Shown here one piece after another: positions 35,200-44,559 of a DNA stretch of 64,000 nt. Below the pieces are notes generated by a model that ran no database searches, was not told where the DNA came from, and worked only from the letters and a program-made list of their open reading frames with translations. A program made the translations under genes and the position numbers. The stretch covers positions 32,001 through 96,000 of the forward strand of contig CAWDSQ010000030.1 of NCBI GenBank assembly GCA_963804955.1. The letters are read 5' to 3'. Positions within the stretch are counted from its first letter, which is position 1. The number at the start of each line of letters is the position of its first letter. Origin of the DNA: an uncultured delta proteobacterium. GTDB taxonomy: Bacteria; Desulfobacterota; WTBG01; CAIYCZ01; CAIRTM01.

Positions 35200-35256
35200 G
35201 TAAGTTGGGTGGAGGTACGAAACCCAACGGTTTATTCCGGGCTTAACCCAACCTGC
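35200..35256. repeat. Degenerate GTAG-family REP pair (GTAAGTTGGGT...ACCCAAC / ACCCAACCTGC)
   Basis: GTTGGGT/ACCCAAC hairpins in inverted arrangement. Confidence 0.55.
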
Positions 35257-35269
35257 AAAAAAAAATGAT

Positions 35270-35810
35270 TTTTCGTCGAGCATAGATTTCCTGTGATTGC
35301 TCTTGGTTATACTGTTGTTCCAGCCGTTCCTTGGTGTCTTCATTTGGCAGCCGCAGAACTCTGCGACCACAATTTGTGCTTGTTGTGCACTGTCCCCAAT
35401 TCTTGCAGTCAAAACACAACTGTCTATCCGTTATTTGATAGCGCTTTATGCAGGTTGCCTTCTCTGTTGCCACATGTTTCAGACAGTGGCCCTCCGGGCA
35501 ATAATAGCAATCCTTTTCCCGATCGTAGGTGAAGTGCTGCTTATCAAAGGGGTCCTGTTGCCCGTGTAGCGCCTGGCGTTGCGAGGGAACAATGACTTTT
35601 ATGTTGTCGCCATCAATTTTTTCCAGCTCGCTGGTGTCAGCATATCCCGCATCAGCACAGGCAACCTCACAGGGTTTGGCAAGCACGTCATTAGCCTTTT
35701 GAATTTGCCGGGCAAACTGATTTTGATCAGTTGCATCACTAACGGCTTCGGCATGCACGATAAGACCGTTTTGATCGTCAACAACGCTTTGAACATTATA
35801 ACTGGCTTTT
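35270..35810 (-). pseudogene. IS1182-family transposase internal fragment
   Basis: ASYNVQSVVD...LIVHAEAV, ACADAGY, FTYDREKDCYYCPEG, CxxCxxxxxC, EIYARRK; both ends missing. Confidence 0.85.
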
Positions 35811-36021
35811 TACATGCAGAAAGGCAGTTCATGTTTCAGACAGATAGATGCCTTTCCTGCAGTACCCCGGTACAACAAGAGTGCACTGTTAATTTGTCAG
35901 GGAGAAGCAGCTCTGTTTAATCCCCCTTCGAAAAGGGAGATGCAGGGAAATTTTTTGCAGCCTGACACCCCCTAACCACCTTTGCTACAGGGTTTTTTGT
36001 CCCGTCTTCTACGGAATCTAC

Positions 36022-36780
36022 TTAGCGGCAGGATGCCCGATGTCCGGCGATGGCCCGGACAAGGATGTCCGTTCCAGCCCATGCCTGCACCAGAGCCATA
36101 TCGATAAATGTCTCAGCCCAGGCCGCATGGTTTTTTTCATGGGTTTGCGCAAAAATACCTTCATAGGCATTTCTGCCCAGTATTCCGGTGTCATAGGGGT
36201 TGCCTGCTGTCTGGCTTGCATGCTGCCGTATGGCTTTTCTTTTAGCGAGCACGGCCCGGGAAATATCCACAACCCTTGTGCCTGGCAGGCCGTAGATGCC
36301 GCCCCAAACCGAATAGCCCCAGGCTCGCGGGGCAAGGGAGGCCTGATTTTTGAGAGCCTGCAGCGTGATCCGGGTAACCCGGCGGTGGGTCGGGTGGCGC
36401 TCAAAAGGCGACGGCATATATATTTCAACGGGATTCAGCAGGCTAATAATTCTGCGGAGCTGCCGGGCAACCTTTGCCGCACCGCAGCCTGCAAGTCCGC
36501 TGCTCGCATGGCTGAGAAAAAAAGCGCCGGTGGCCCTGACAATTTTCAAGGCCGCAAGCGCCTCTCTGCGGCGCACGGAAGCCGAACCGCCGTGGGTAAC
36601 ATAGACGGTAAAAACTTTTTTGCCTTCATCTGCAAGCAGCCGCATGGTTCCACCCATGCCGATAACTTCGTCGTCCGGATGTGGAGCAATGACCAGTATG
36701 GTCTGCGCTGCTCCCGCATGCTGCCGAAGATCGTACCCTTGTCTGATTGAAACAAAATCAAACGGCAGTTCCTTTTTCAT
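36022..36780 (-). CDS. PIG-L family deacetylase
   Basis: IAPHPDDE, HPTH, KRKAIRQHASQ. Confidence 0.9.
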   Translation of the reverse strand: MKKELPFDFVSIRQGYDLRQHAGAAQTILVIAPHPDDEVIGMGGTMRLLADEGKKVFTVYVTHGGSASVRRREALAALKIVRATGAFFLSHASSGLAGCGAAKVARQLRRIISLLNPVEIYMPSPFERHPTHRRVTRITLQALKNQASLAPRAWGYSVWGGIYGLPGTRVVDISRAVLAKRKAIRQHASQTAGNPYDTGILGRNAYEGIFAQTHEKNHAAWAETFIDMALVQAWAGTDILVRAIAGHRASCR

Positions 36781-36907
36781 GACGGCCTATCCCTTAAAAT
36801 AATGCATATACGTATGAAGGACAGTATACCCTGCCAGCGGCCGTTTAACAATTTTTGTTTGCTGCGGGGCCGCAGGCATGGTACTTGAAAACAGGAGACA
36901 GAATCAA

Positions 36908-37063
36908 GGAGTCAGCAGGTGCGGAAAGAAGTTCGGAGTCATGAGTTCGGAGTCAGGAAATGCATAATTGAAAAAATGCATGTAGAGGCAGGTTTTAAAC
37001 CTGCCCGGAGTTCGGAGCCCATGCGTCTTCTATTCTGGATTCTGACTACTGAATTCTGACTTC
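36908..37063. repeat. Inverted arrays of ~7-mer repeats enclosing a GTAG-REP hairpin
   Basis: GGAGTCA/GAGTTCG repeats on the left, TTCTGAC/TTCTGGA/TTCTGAA-type repeats on the right, GTAGAGGCAGGTTTTAAACCTGCC at 36982-37005. Confidence 0.6.
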
Positions 37064-37135
37064 TTTTCTAAAGAACCATCAACATACATAAAGACTATTA
37101 GAAACACTTACAGAAACTGGTATAAAACAAAAAAT

Positions 37136-38467
37136 ATGGCCAACCGATTCGTCTTTACCATTACCGAGCTGACCCGTCATATCCGCGAAACCCTTGAAAG
37201 CGCCTACCCTGACGTGTGGGTCGAGGGCGAGATTTCCAACCTCCGGGTTCCGTCTTCTGGCCATTGCTACTTTACACTTAAAGATGAGGGCGCTCAGCTG
37301 CGGGCGGTCATGTTCCGCATGCAGGCGCGGCTGCTGCGCTTCGTGCCTGAGGACGGCCTGAAAGTCATCTGCCGCGGCCGGATCAATGTGTATGAGCAAA
37401 GGGGCGACTACCAGCTTATTGCCGAGATGCTGGAGCCAAAAGGTGTCGGGGACCTGCAGCTTGCCTTTGAGCAGCTGAAGCAGAAGCTTCAGCAGGAGGG
37501 CCTGTTTGATGCCAATCGCAAAAAGCCGCTGCCCTTTCTGCCTGCCCGGGTTGCCGTCATAACCTCTGCCACAGGAGCTGCCGTTCGCGATATCATACGC
37601 GTCATGCATCGACGGTTCCCGAATGTGGCCATTCTTGTCGTGCCCGTGAAGGTGCAGGGCGATGAGGCCCCTCGTGAAATAGCCATGGCGGTAGATACGG
37701 TCAATCAGCACAATCTTGCCGATGTCATTATCGTCGGCCGCGGCGGCGGCTCTCTTGAAGATCTCTGGGCTTTTAATACCGAAACCGTTGCACGGTCGAT
37801 TGCCGCGTCAGCTATTCCCGTTGTGTCTGCCGTAGGCCATGAAATAGACGTGACCATAGCCGATTGTGTTGCAGACCTGCGGGCGCCTACGCCTTCGGCA
37901 GCGGCTGAACTTGTCATGCGGGAGAAGCGCGAGCTCGTTCAGCTGCTGGCGCAGCATGAACTTCGGCTTAAGGAGGGCTGGGGCAAACAGCGCGAGCGAA
38001 TCCGGTCGCGCATTGAACATGCCTGCTCGCGGCTGCGGCATCCGGCGCGGCGTATTGCCGATCTGCAGCTGCGCCTTGATGATCTGCAGGGCCGCATGGC
38101 GACAGCTGTGCCCCGCCTTATAACCCGCCGCCGTTTTGCGATATCCAGCGCCTGCCGGATTATTGCCGCCCAATCGCCGGCCAATCGTATTACAGCAGAC
38201 AGGCTCAGGGCGTCTTTTTTCGAGCAGCGGCTCGCTGCAGGCATGGCTGCTGTGGTGCAGCGCAAAAGCGCAGCCCTGCAGACCCTGGTCGCCCAGCTGA
38301 GCGCTTTCAACCCTGCCGCCATTCTTGCCCGCGGCTACAGCATTACGCGGCTGCTGCCTTCGCTGGGGATTGTACGCGGCTCAGTCGATCTGGCGCCCGG
38401 CGCAGCCGTGCGCCTGACCCTGGGCAAGGGAGTTGTTGACTGCATCGTTGAAAAGATAGTAAAGTAA
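37136..38467 (+). CDS. xseA: Exodeoxyribonuclease VII large subunit
   Basis: VWVEGEISN, SGHCYFTLKD, RGGGSLEDLWAFN, GHEID, APTPSAAAE, LARGYS. Confidence 0.97.
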   Translation: MANRFVFTITELTRHIRETLESAYPDVWVEGEISNLRVPSSGHCYFTLKDEGAQLRAVMFRMQARLLRFVPEDGLKVICRGRINVYEQRGDYQLIAEMLEPKGVGDLQLAFEQLKQKLQQEGLFDANRKKPLPFLPARVAVITSATGAAVRDIIRVMHRRFPNVAILVVPVKVQGDEAPREIAMAVDTVNQHNLADVIIVGRGGGSLEDLWAFNTETVARSIAASAIPVVSAVGHEIDVTIADCVADLRAPTPSAAAELVMREKRELVQLLAQHELRLKEGWGKQRERIRSRIEHACSRLRHPARRIADLQLRLDDLQGRMATAVPRLITRRRFAISSACRIIAAQSPANRITADRLRASFFEQRLAAGMAAVVQRKSAALQTLVAQLSAFNPAAILARGYSITRLLPSLGIVRGSVDLAPGAAVRLTLGKGVVDCIVEKIVK

Positions 38468-38494
38468 TACTTCAATCAGGTGTGAGGAAATGGT

Positions 38495-38728
38495 ATGGCC
38501 AGGAAAAGATTTGAAGACACACTGGGTGAGCTTGAAAAAATTGTGCAGCGCCTCGAAGACCCCGACGTGCCCCTTGAAGAGGCTGTTGCCCTGTTTGAGG
38601 ACGGCATCAAGCTCTCGCGCTTCTGCTCTCAGAAGCTCGACGAGGTTGAAAAACGCGTCGATGTCCTTCTGAAGGATGAGCAGGGTAATCTTGTCACCCG
38701 GCCTTTTGACGAGGCGACGGAGCAGTGA
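38495..38728 (+). CDS. xseB: Exodeoxyribonuclease VII small subunit
   Basis: FEDTLGELEKIVQRLE...LEEAVALFEDG; follows xseA. Confidence 0.95.
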   Translation: MARKRFEDTLGELEKIVQRLEDPDVPLEEAVALFEDGIKLSRFCSQKLDEVEKRVDVLLKDEQGNLVTRPFDEATEQ

Positions 38729-39621
38729 GCGCGTGCGACATCAAGACCTATCTTGAGGAGCGCAGGCGTCTTGTTGACGCGGCCCTTGAAAGGCTGCTGC
38801 CGCCTGAAGACGCACTGCCTCCCGCTCTGCACAAGGCCATGCGCTACAGCATTTTTGCCGGCGGCAAGCGCCTGCGGCCCATTCTTGCCATGGCCGCTGC
38901 TGAAGCAGTTGGAGCCAAACCCGCAACAGTGCTTGACGAGGCATGCAGCCTTGAGCTTATACATACCTATACGCTGATTCATGATGATCTGCCCGCCATG
39001 GACAATGATGATTTCCGGCGCGGCAAGCCCACGAGCCATAAGGTGTTCGGAGAGGCTGTGGCTATTCTGGCAGGTGATGCTCTGCAGACCGCGGCCTTCG
39101 AGCTTCTTGCCGCCGCGGGGTCAGGCCGTCATACGGCCGACCGGATTGTTGAGGCCGTGCGGCTGCTCGCCTGCGCCTGCGGCTCTCGCGGCGTCATCGG
39201 CGGCCAGGTTGTCGATATAGAGTCGGAAGGAAAGCCCGTGCTCAGGGAAACGCTTGACTATATTCACCGGCATAAGACCGGCGCACTTATCAAGTCATCG
39301 GTGCTGCTGGGGGCGATTCTCGGCGGCGCTGCCGGTGAACAGCTCAAGGCTTGCGGCCGCTACGGTGAGTCGATCGGCCTTGCATTTCAGATTACCGATG
39401 ATATTCTTGATGTCGTCAGCACGACCGAGCAGCTCGGCAAGACCGTTGGCAAGGATGCCCGCGCCGGAAAGGCCACGTATCCGGGCCTGCTGGGCATGGC
39501 TGAGGCGCGGCGCATGCAGCAGCACTATTATGCCGCCTCGATAGAGGCGCTTGCACCTTTTGACGATACGGCCGAACCTCTGCGGCAGCTGGCGCGCGTC
39601 ATCGTGGAGCGGCAGAACTGA
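38725..39621 (+). CDS. ispA: Farnesyl diphosphate synthase / polyprenyl synthetase
   Basis: [33 protein letters not shown]. Confidence 0.95.
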   Translation: MSACDIKTYLEERRRLVDAALERLLPPEDALPPALHKAMRYSIFAGGKRLRPILAMAAAEAVGAKPATVLDEACSLELIHTYTLIHDDLPAMDNDDFRRGKPTSHKVFGEAVAILAGDALQTAAFELLAAAGSGRHTADRIVEAVRLLACACGSRGVIGGQVVDIESEGKPVLRETLDYIHRHKTGALIKSSVLLGAILGGAAGEQLKACGRYGESIGLAFQITDDILDVVSTTEQLGKTVGKDARAGKATYPGLLGMAEARRMQQHYYAASIEALAPFDDTAEPLRQLARVIVERQN

Positions 39622-39638
39622 AAACGGAAAAACTGCAT

Positions 39639-41519
39639 ATGGAAAGACTTCTACCAAAGATCAACAGCCCTGAGGACCTGCGCAGGCTGAGCCTCAAGGA
39701 GCTTCCCGGCCTGGCTACAGAAATACGCGAGCTCATTATCGATACCGTTTCAAAAACCGGCGGCCATCTGGCGCCAAGCCTTGGCGTTGTGGAGCTCACC
39801 ATCGCGCTGCATTATGTCTTCAATACGCCCCGCGACAAGATCGTTTGGGATGTCGGGCATCAGGCCTATGCCCACAAGATACTCACCGGCCGCCGCGACG
39901 CTTTTCCGTCGCTGCGGCAGATGGGGGGCCTGTGCGGATTCCCCAAGCGCGAAGAGAGCCCGTATGATGCCTTCAACGTGGGGCACAGCAGCACCTCCAT
40001 CTCGGCAGCCCTCGGGATGGCCGAGTCGTGCAGGCTCAAGGGCGAGGACTGCAAGGCCATAGCCGTCATCGGCGACGGCGCTCTGGCGGCAGGCATGGCC
40101 TTTGAAGCGCTCAACCATGCCGGCCATATCAAGCGCGATCTGATCGTTATCCTGAACGACAACGAAATGTCCATATCTCCCAATGTCGGAGCGCTTTCAT
40201 CATCGCTGTCGCGCATCATTTCGGGCCAGGCGTATAACCGGTTTCGCGATAAGGTTAATGCCATGCTTGAAAAGATCCCGGGTATCGGCGAGTCGGTGAC
40301 GCGCATTGCCCGCCAGTCGGAAGGGTTTTTCAAGAGTATTTTTGTGCCGGGCCAGATTTTTGAGGAGCTGGGCTTTGTCTATATCGGCCCGGTTCTCGGG
40401 CACCGCATCGATCTGCTTGTTGACGATTTGCGCAATATTAAAAATCTTAAGGGCCCGATACTGCTGCATGTGATTACGCGCAAAGGCAAGGGCTACAAGC
40501 CCGCCGAGGACGACCCGACGGCTTTTCACGGCATCGGCGCGTTTGACCGGGAAACCGGCAAGCCGCTGAAGGGCAGCGGGGCGCCGTCCTACACAAAAGT
40601 GTTTGGTGATGCGATAGCCCGCATAGCAGCAGACAATCCGCAGGTCGTGGCAATCACCGCGGGCATGACCAGCGGCACGGGCCTTGAGAAATTTCAGCAG
40701 CAGTTTCCCGACCGCTTTTACGATGTGGGCATAGCCGAGCAGCATGCCATCACGTTCGCCGCCGGCATGGCAGCCCAGGGGCTGCGGCCCGTGGCCGCCA
40801 TCTACTCCACCTTTCTGCAGCGATGCTACGATCAGGTGCTGCACGATGTCTGCATGCAGAAGCTGCCGGTCGTGTTCATGCTCGACCGGGCAGGGGTCGT
40901 AGGCGAAGACGGGCCCACACATCACGGCCTTTTTGATATCTCCTACCTGCGCTTGCTGCCGAACATGGTCTTCATGGCCCCAGCAGATGAGAACGAGCTG
41001 CAGCATATGCTCTATACCGCTTTGGGCCTTGACTGCCCCGTTGCCATACGCTATCCGCGCGGCGCCGGCGCAGGGGTGCCCCTGGACCCCGAGCTGCAGT
41101 GCTTGCCGCTCGGGAAGGCGCAGGTGCTCAAGGACGGCACCGATGCCGCGGTGTTTGCCATCGGCAGCACCGTCCACCCGGCTCTCGAAGCGGCAGGGAT
41201 GCTGCAGCAGGAGGGCATTTCCTGCGCCGTGGTGAATGCCCGCTTCATCAAGCCCCTTGATGTCGACATGCTGCAAACTTTTGCCAAATCCGTTAAGGTG
41301 CTCGTAACAGTCGAGGAGAACGCCCTGCAGGGCGGTTTCGGCTCGGCAGTGCTTGAGGCCCTCCAGGAGCAGGGCTGCGCGGCTCGCGTATGCCGCATCG
41401 GCATTCCCGACCGGTTTGTCGAGCAGGGCTCGCAAAAGCAGCTTCGTGCCAAATACAGCCTCGATGCCCAGGGTATTGCCGCTACGGTGAAAAGAACGCT
41501 TGCAGATGGCCGGCCATAA
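39639..41519 (+). CDS. dxs: 1-deoxy-D-xylulose-5-phosphate synthase
   Basis: [21 protein letters not shown]...[17 protein letters not shown]...DGPTH. Confidence 0.98.
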   Translation: MERLLPKINSPEDLRRLSLKELPGLATEIRELIIDTVSKTGGHLAPSLGVVELTIALHYVFNTPRDKIVWDVGHQAYAHKILTGRRDAFPSLRQMGGLCGFPKREESPYDAFNVGHSSTSISAALGMAESCRLKGEDCKAIAVIGDGALAAGMAFEALNHAGHIKRDLIVILNDNEMSISPNVGALSSSLSRIISGQAYNRFRDKVNAMLEKIPGIGESVTRIARQSEGFFKSIFVPGQIFEELGFVYIGPVLGHRIDLLVDDLRNIKNLKGPILLHVITRKGKGYKPAEDDPTAFHGIGAFDRETGKPLKGSGAPSYTKVFGDAIARIAADNPQVVAITAGMTSGTGLEKFQQQFPDRFYDVGIAEQHAITFAAGMAAQGLRPVAAIYSTFLQRCYDQVLHDVCMQKLPVVFMLDRAGVVGEDGPTHHGLFDISYLRLLPNMVFMAPADENELQHMLYTALGLDCPVAIRYPRGAGAGVPLDPELQCLPLGKAQVLKDGTDAAVFAIGSTVHPALEAAGMLQQEGISCAVVNARFIKPLDVDMLQTFAKSVKVLVTVEENALQGGFGSAVLEALQEQGCAARVCRIGIPDRFVEQGSQKQLRAKYSLDAQGIAATVKRTLADGRP

Positions 41520-42262
41520 AAAAGAGCGCCTTGACAGCCTCGTTCTTGCCCGCGGCCTTGCCGCCGGGCTTGACAGGGCGCGCAGCCTCATCATGGCAGG
41601 CCTGGTGATTGTCGATGATCACCTGGCTGATAAACCCGGCCTCCTTATATCCCCTGATGCCTGTATCCGCCTTCGCGATGAATCATGCCCCTATGTGAGC
41701 CGGGGCGGACTTAAACTGGAAAAACCTCTTGATATCTTTCAGGTGCCTGTAGCGGGAAAGGTGTGCCTTGATGTGGGCGCCTCGACCGGAGGCTTTACCG
41801 ACTGCCTGCTGCAGCACGGCGCTGCCCGGGTGTATGCCGTTGACGTCGGCTATGGCCAGCTTGCCTGGCAGCTCCAGCAGGACAGCCGCGTGGTGCGGTT
41901 TGACCGCACCAATATAACAAAGCTGCAGCCCGCGGATATTGACCCTCCTGGCGATCTGGCCGTCATTGATGCATCGTTTACCTCCCTGCGGCATCTGCTT
42001 CAGCCCGTGCTCAGGCTGCTCGTGCCGGCAGGAGAACTGCTCTGTCTGGTGAAGCCGCAGTTTGAAGCCCGGCGCGGGGCGGCTGCGACAGGGAGGCATT
42101 GTGCGGGATGAAAAGCATTATCAGGAAGCGCTGCGCAGCGTCGCACTGGCCATGCGCAGCGCAGGGCTTTTTGTGAGCGGTATTGTTGAATCTCCCATAA
42201 GCGGAGCAAAGGGTAACCGGGAGTTTTTTATCTATGCACGCAAGCAGGGCATGAAAGCGTGA
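41506..42262 (+). CDS. tlyA: TlyA family rRNA methyltransferase (frameshift near 42075)
   Basis: S4 domain, [39 protein letters not shown]. Confidence 0.93.
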
Positions 42263-42318
42263 GGCTTTGTCAGAGCATGTAAGAACAATCAACTTAAACA
42301 CTGCGGGTGTTTTTGATT

Positions 42319-42392
42319 TGTCATGCTGAGCGTAGCGAAGATTCCATGCAGTGACAAAAAATTACGAGCCCCTTCACTTCGTTCAGGTCACA
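42319..42392. repeat. TGTCA-family REP-like palindrome (copy 1)
   Basis: TGTCATGCTGAGCGTAGCGAAG...CTTCACTTCGTTCAGGTCACA; related copy at 48735-48808. Confidence 0.7.
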
Positions 42393-42543
42393 ATTTAAAC
42401 TTTCCGTAGAGGCTCTCAGTAAAACATAGGAGAATGATTCTTAGATCGTAGATACTATGAAGGAAAGGATCATTTGACAGGCGTCACGTCTCGGATATGC
42501 TAAAAAAGTCACGTCAATAACTTTCAGCATAAAGGAGACAAAC

Positions 42544-43686
42544 ATGGCGAACAATCAAATGATCCAAACCGAGGCAAAGAATAGCACAGGTAAGCAGGTT
42601 TTGTACATATCCCTTGAACTGTCCAACAAGAAATGGAAACTGACGTTTGGGGACGGGCAACGCAGGAGGGAGCGAACAATAACATCAGCAGATCTTGAAG
42701 AGTTTAAGGAAGAGCTGGTCAAGGCCCGGAAGCATTTTAGACTGGATGAAGATTGCGCCATATACAGCTGTTATGAATCGGGACGAGACGGGTTTTGGAT
42801 ACATCGGTATTTGGAGAGCATAGGGATAAAGAATATCGTGGTGGACTCGGCCAGTATCGAAGTGAACCGGCGGCATCGGCGGGCCAAGACGGACCGGGTA
42901 GATGGGTTAAAGTTGTTAACCATGCTGATACGGCACTTGGGAGGAGAGCAGAAAGTCTGGAGTGTGGTACGGGTTCCGACACAGGAACAGGAAGATGAAC
43001 GGCGACTCAACCGAGAGAGGGATCGGCTGTTAAAGGAACGGGGAGCACATGTAAGCCGGATAAAGTCGCTACTGATATTGTATGGGATACATGCAAAGGT
43101 AGGCAGTAAATTTCTGAAGCTGCTTGAGGAAGTGCGAGCCTGGGATGGCAGCAAACTGCCAGAGTATATCGTGCAGGAGATGAAGCGGGAGTATGAACGG
43201 ATAGGGGTGCTGGACCTGCAGTTGAAGCAGATCAATGAAGAGAAGAAGCGGCAGCTTGCGGCAAGTCCTGAACAAATGCGCAAGGTAAGCAAGCTTGCCC
43301 GGATACGGGCAATTGGGCCGATCAGTTCATGGGATTTGATCTATGAGTTTTTTGGCTGGCGGGAATTCAAGAATGTGAAGCAGGTGGGAGGTGCAGCAGG
43401 TCTTGCGCCAATGCCCTACAGCAGCGGGGATATGCAGATTGAGCAAGGGATAAGCAAAGCGGGCAATCGGCGGATCCGAGCTTTGCTGATAGAGTTAGCC
43501 TGGGGATGGCTGAGATGGCAGCCTGGCAGTAAGCTAAGCACGTGGTTTCATGAGCGCTTTGGAGGGGGCAACAAACGAATGAGGCGAATAGGGATCGTGG
43601 CGCTGGCCAGAAAACTGCTCATAGCGCTGTGGAAGTATGTTGATCACGACATCGTGCCGGAAGGCGCGATACTAAAGATGGCATAA
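42544..43686 (+). CDS. IS110 family transposase/recombinase
   Basis: RuvC-like N-terminus SLELS / CYESG / KTDRVD; C-terminal Tnp domain GLAPMPYSSG, GISKAGN, IVALARKL. Confidence 0.95.
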   Translation: MANNQMIQTEAKNSTGKQVLYISLELSNKKWKLTFGDGQRRRERTITSADLEEFKEELVKARKHFRLDEDCAIYSCYESGRDGFWIHRYLESIGIKNIVVDSASIEVNRRHRRAKTDRVDGLKLLTMLIRHLGGEQKVWSVVRVPTQEQEDERRLNRERDRLLKERGAHVSRIKSLLILYGIHAKVGSKFLKLLEEVRAWDGSKLPEYIVQEMKREYERIGVLDLQLKQINEEKKRQLAASPEQMRKVSKLARIRAIGPISSWDLIYEFFGWREFKNVKQVGGAAGLAPMPYSSGDMQIEQGISKAGNRRIRALLIELAWGWLRWQPGSKLSTWFHERFGGGNKRMRRIGIVALARKLLIALWKYVDHDIVPEGAILKMA

Positions 43687-43720
43687 AGGACATACAACAG
43701 GAGGAAAAGGATTTGATAGG

Positions 43721-43923
43721 CATTCCAGTTGGTGAAGCCCTTCGTACCCGCCCTGGGTCTAAAAGCACCGTCTTTGTAGATTGAAGGCTTCTTAAACTGG
43801 TTGGACTGACGCCAATTGGCGCACGCAGTATGTGGATGCACGGTTATAATACCGGCACGGATAGAAGGTGGTTCCGGGCAAGGTTCCCGGAAAACGACAA
43901 GCCCAACCGGCCAAAACGGAATG
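43721..43923 (+). ncRNA. Bridge RNA (seekRNA) of the IS110 element
   Basis: Closed by CATTCC/GGAATG; target loop with ACCCGCCCT (43746-43754) and GTAG (43776-43779); donor loop with GCAGTATGT (43825-43833) and ATAGAAG (43861-43867); these match the reconstructed target and donor. Confidence 0.85.
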
Positions 43924-43994
43924 AGTATCAAAAGATAAAGAAAGAAAAAAACAAAAAAAATTAACCCGAGGCTTGACAACGGTCCTCATAGAAG

Positions 43995-44012
43995 GGCGGG
44001 TGCCAACCCGCC
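43995..44012 (+). repeat. Hairpin half of the GTAG-REP split by the IS110 insertion
   Basis: GGCGGG-TGCCAA-CCCGCC; joined to the left flank it reads GTAG-GGCGGG-TGCCAA-CCCGCC. Confidence 0.8.
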
Positions 44013-44093
44013 GCAAGATTTTTTAAATTGATTCAACAGGGCATTGATTTTTTCATCGTGATGGTCTCCTGCACACACTGGTTTGGTTATCCT

Positions 44094-44480
44094 TCAGTCA
44101 TACATGACGGTAATCTCGCCTTCGTCAATTTGCTCCGAACGGCATTTAGGACAACGAGGGGGAGCGTCGAGGCAATACCTCCCGCCACACCTGCATGTTC
44201 CAGCAATAAATTCGATTCCTTTGTGATATTCATCTTCGGATATAGGCTCAACTTTTGTAGTCTCTCGTATAGCCTTATCATGTTCCGCACTTGCAACACA
44301 ATACGGTCCCGGCAGTCCTTTTAAGTAGCGCAAATGCAACTCTCCAAGTTCATCAAAACCTATAGACTTCGTCTTTCCACAATTCTCACAGCGAACGAGG
44401 TGAAAGTAAAACCCCCCACCGTGGTCAACAGTGAAAGTGTTACCGCATTTGCGGCATTTGGCTTTAACTTGATGTCCCAT
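44094..44480 (-). CDS. Hypothetical zinc-ribbon protein
   Basis: CRKC, CENC, CRC and CPKC motifs; GGAGGAGG RBS. Confidence 0.8.
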   Translation of the reverse strand: MGHQVKAKCRKCGNTFTVDHGGGFYFHLVRCENCGKTKSIGFDELGELHLRYLKGLPGPYCVASAEHDKAIRETTKVEPISEDEYHKGIEFIAGTCRCGGRYCLDAPPRCPKCRSEQIDEGEITVMYD

Positions 44481-44559
44481 TTTCTGATGCCTCCTCCATT
44501 ATAATCGAACAGATATGCACATACGAGAAAATCAATTTCTCGATGACAGCATCTATAGC

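Larger units (their letters stand above)
42450..43994 (+). mobile_element. Complete IS110-family element, IS1111-type layout (long right non-coding end)
   Basis: AG core dinucleotide at both junctions (42450-42451, 43993-43994); subterminal inverted repeats CTATGAAG/CCTCATAG; removing the element restores an intact REP; circle junction forms TTGACA-17-TACTAT. Confidence 0.9.

Noticed and set aside
35920..36000. TCCCCCTTCGAAAGGGAGA...ACCCCCTAACC segment (related to ~545-620) as a regulatory RNA
   Set aside because: It looks like a degenerate CCCCCTT/AAGGGGG intergenic palindrome and is too decayed to support any further claim.
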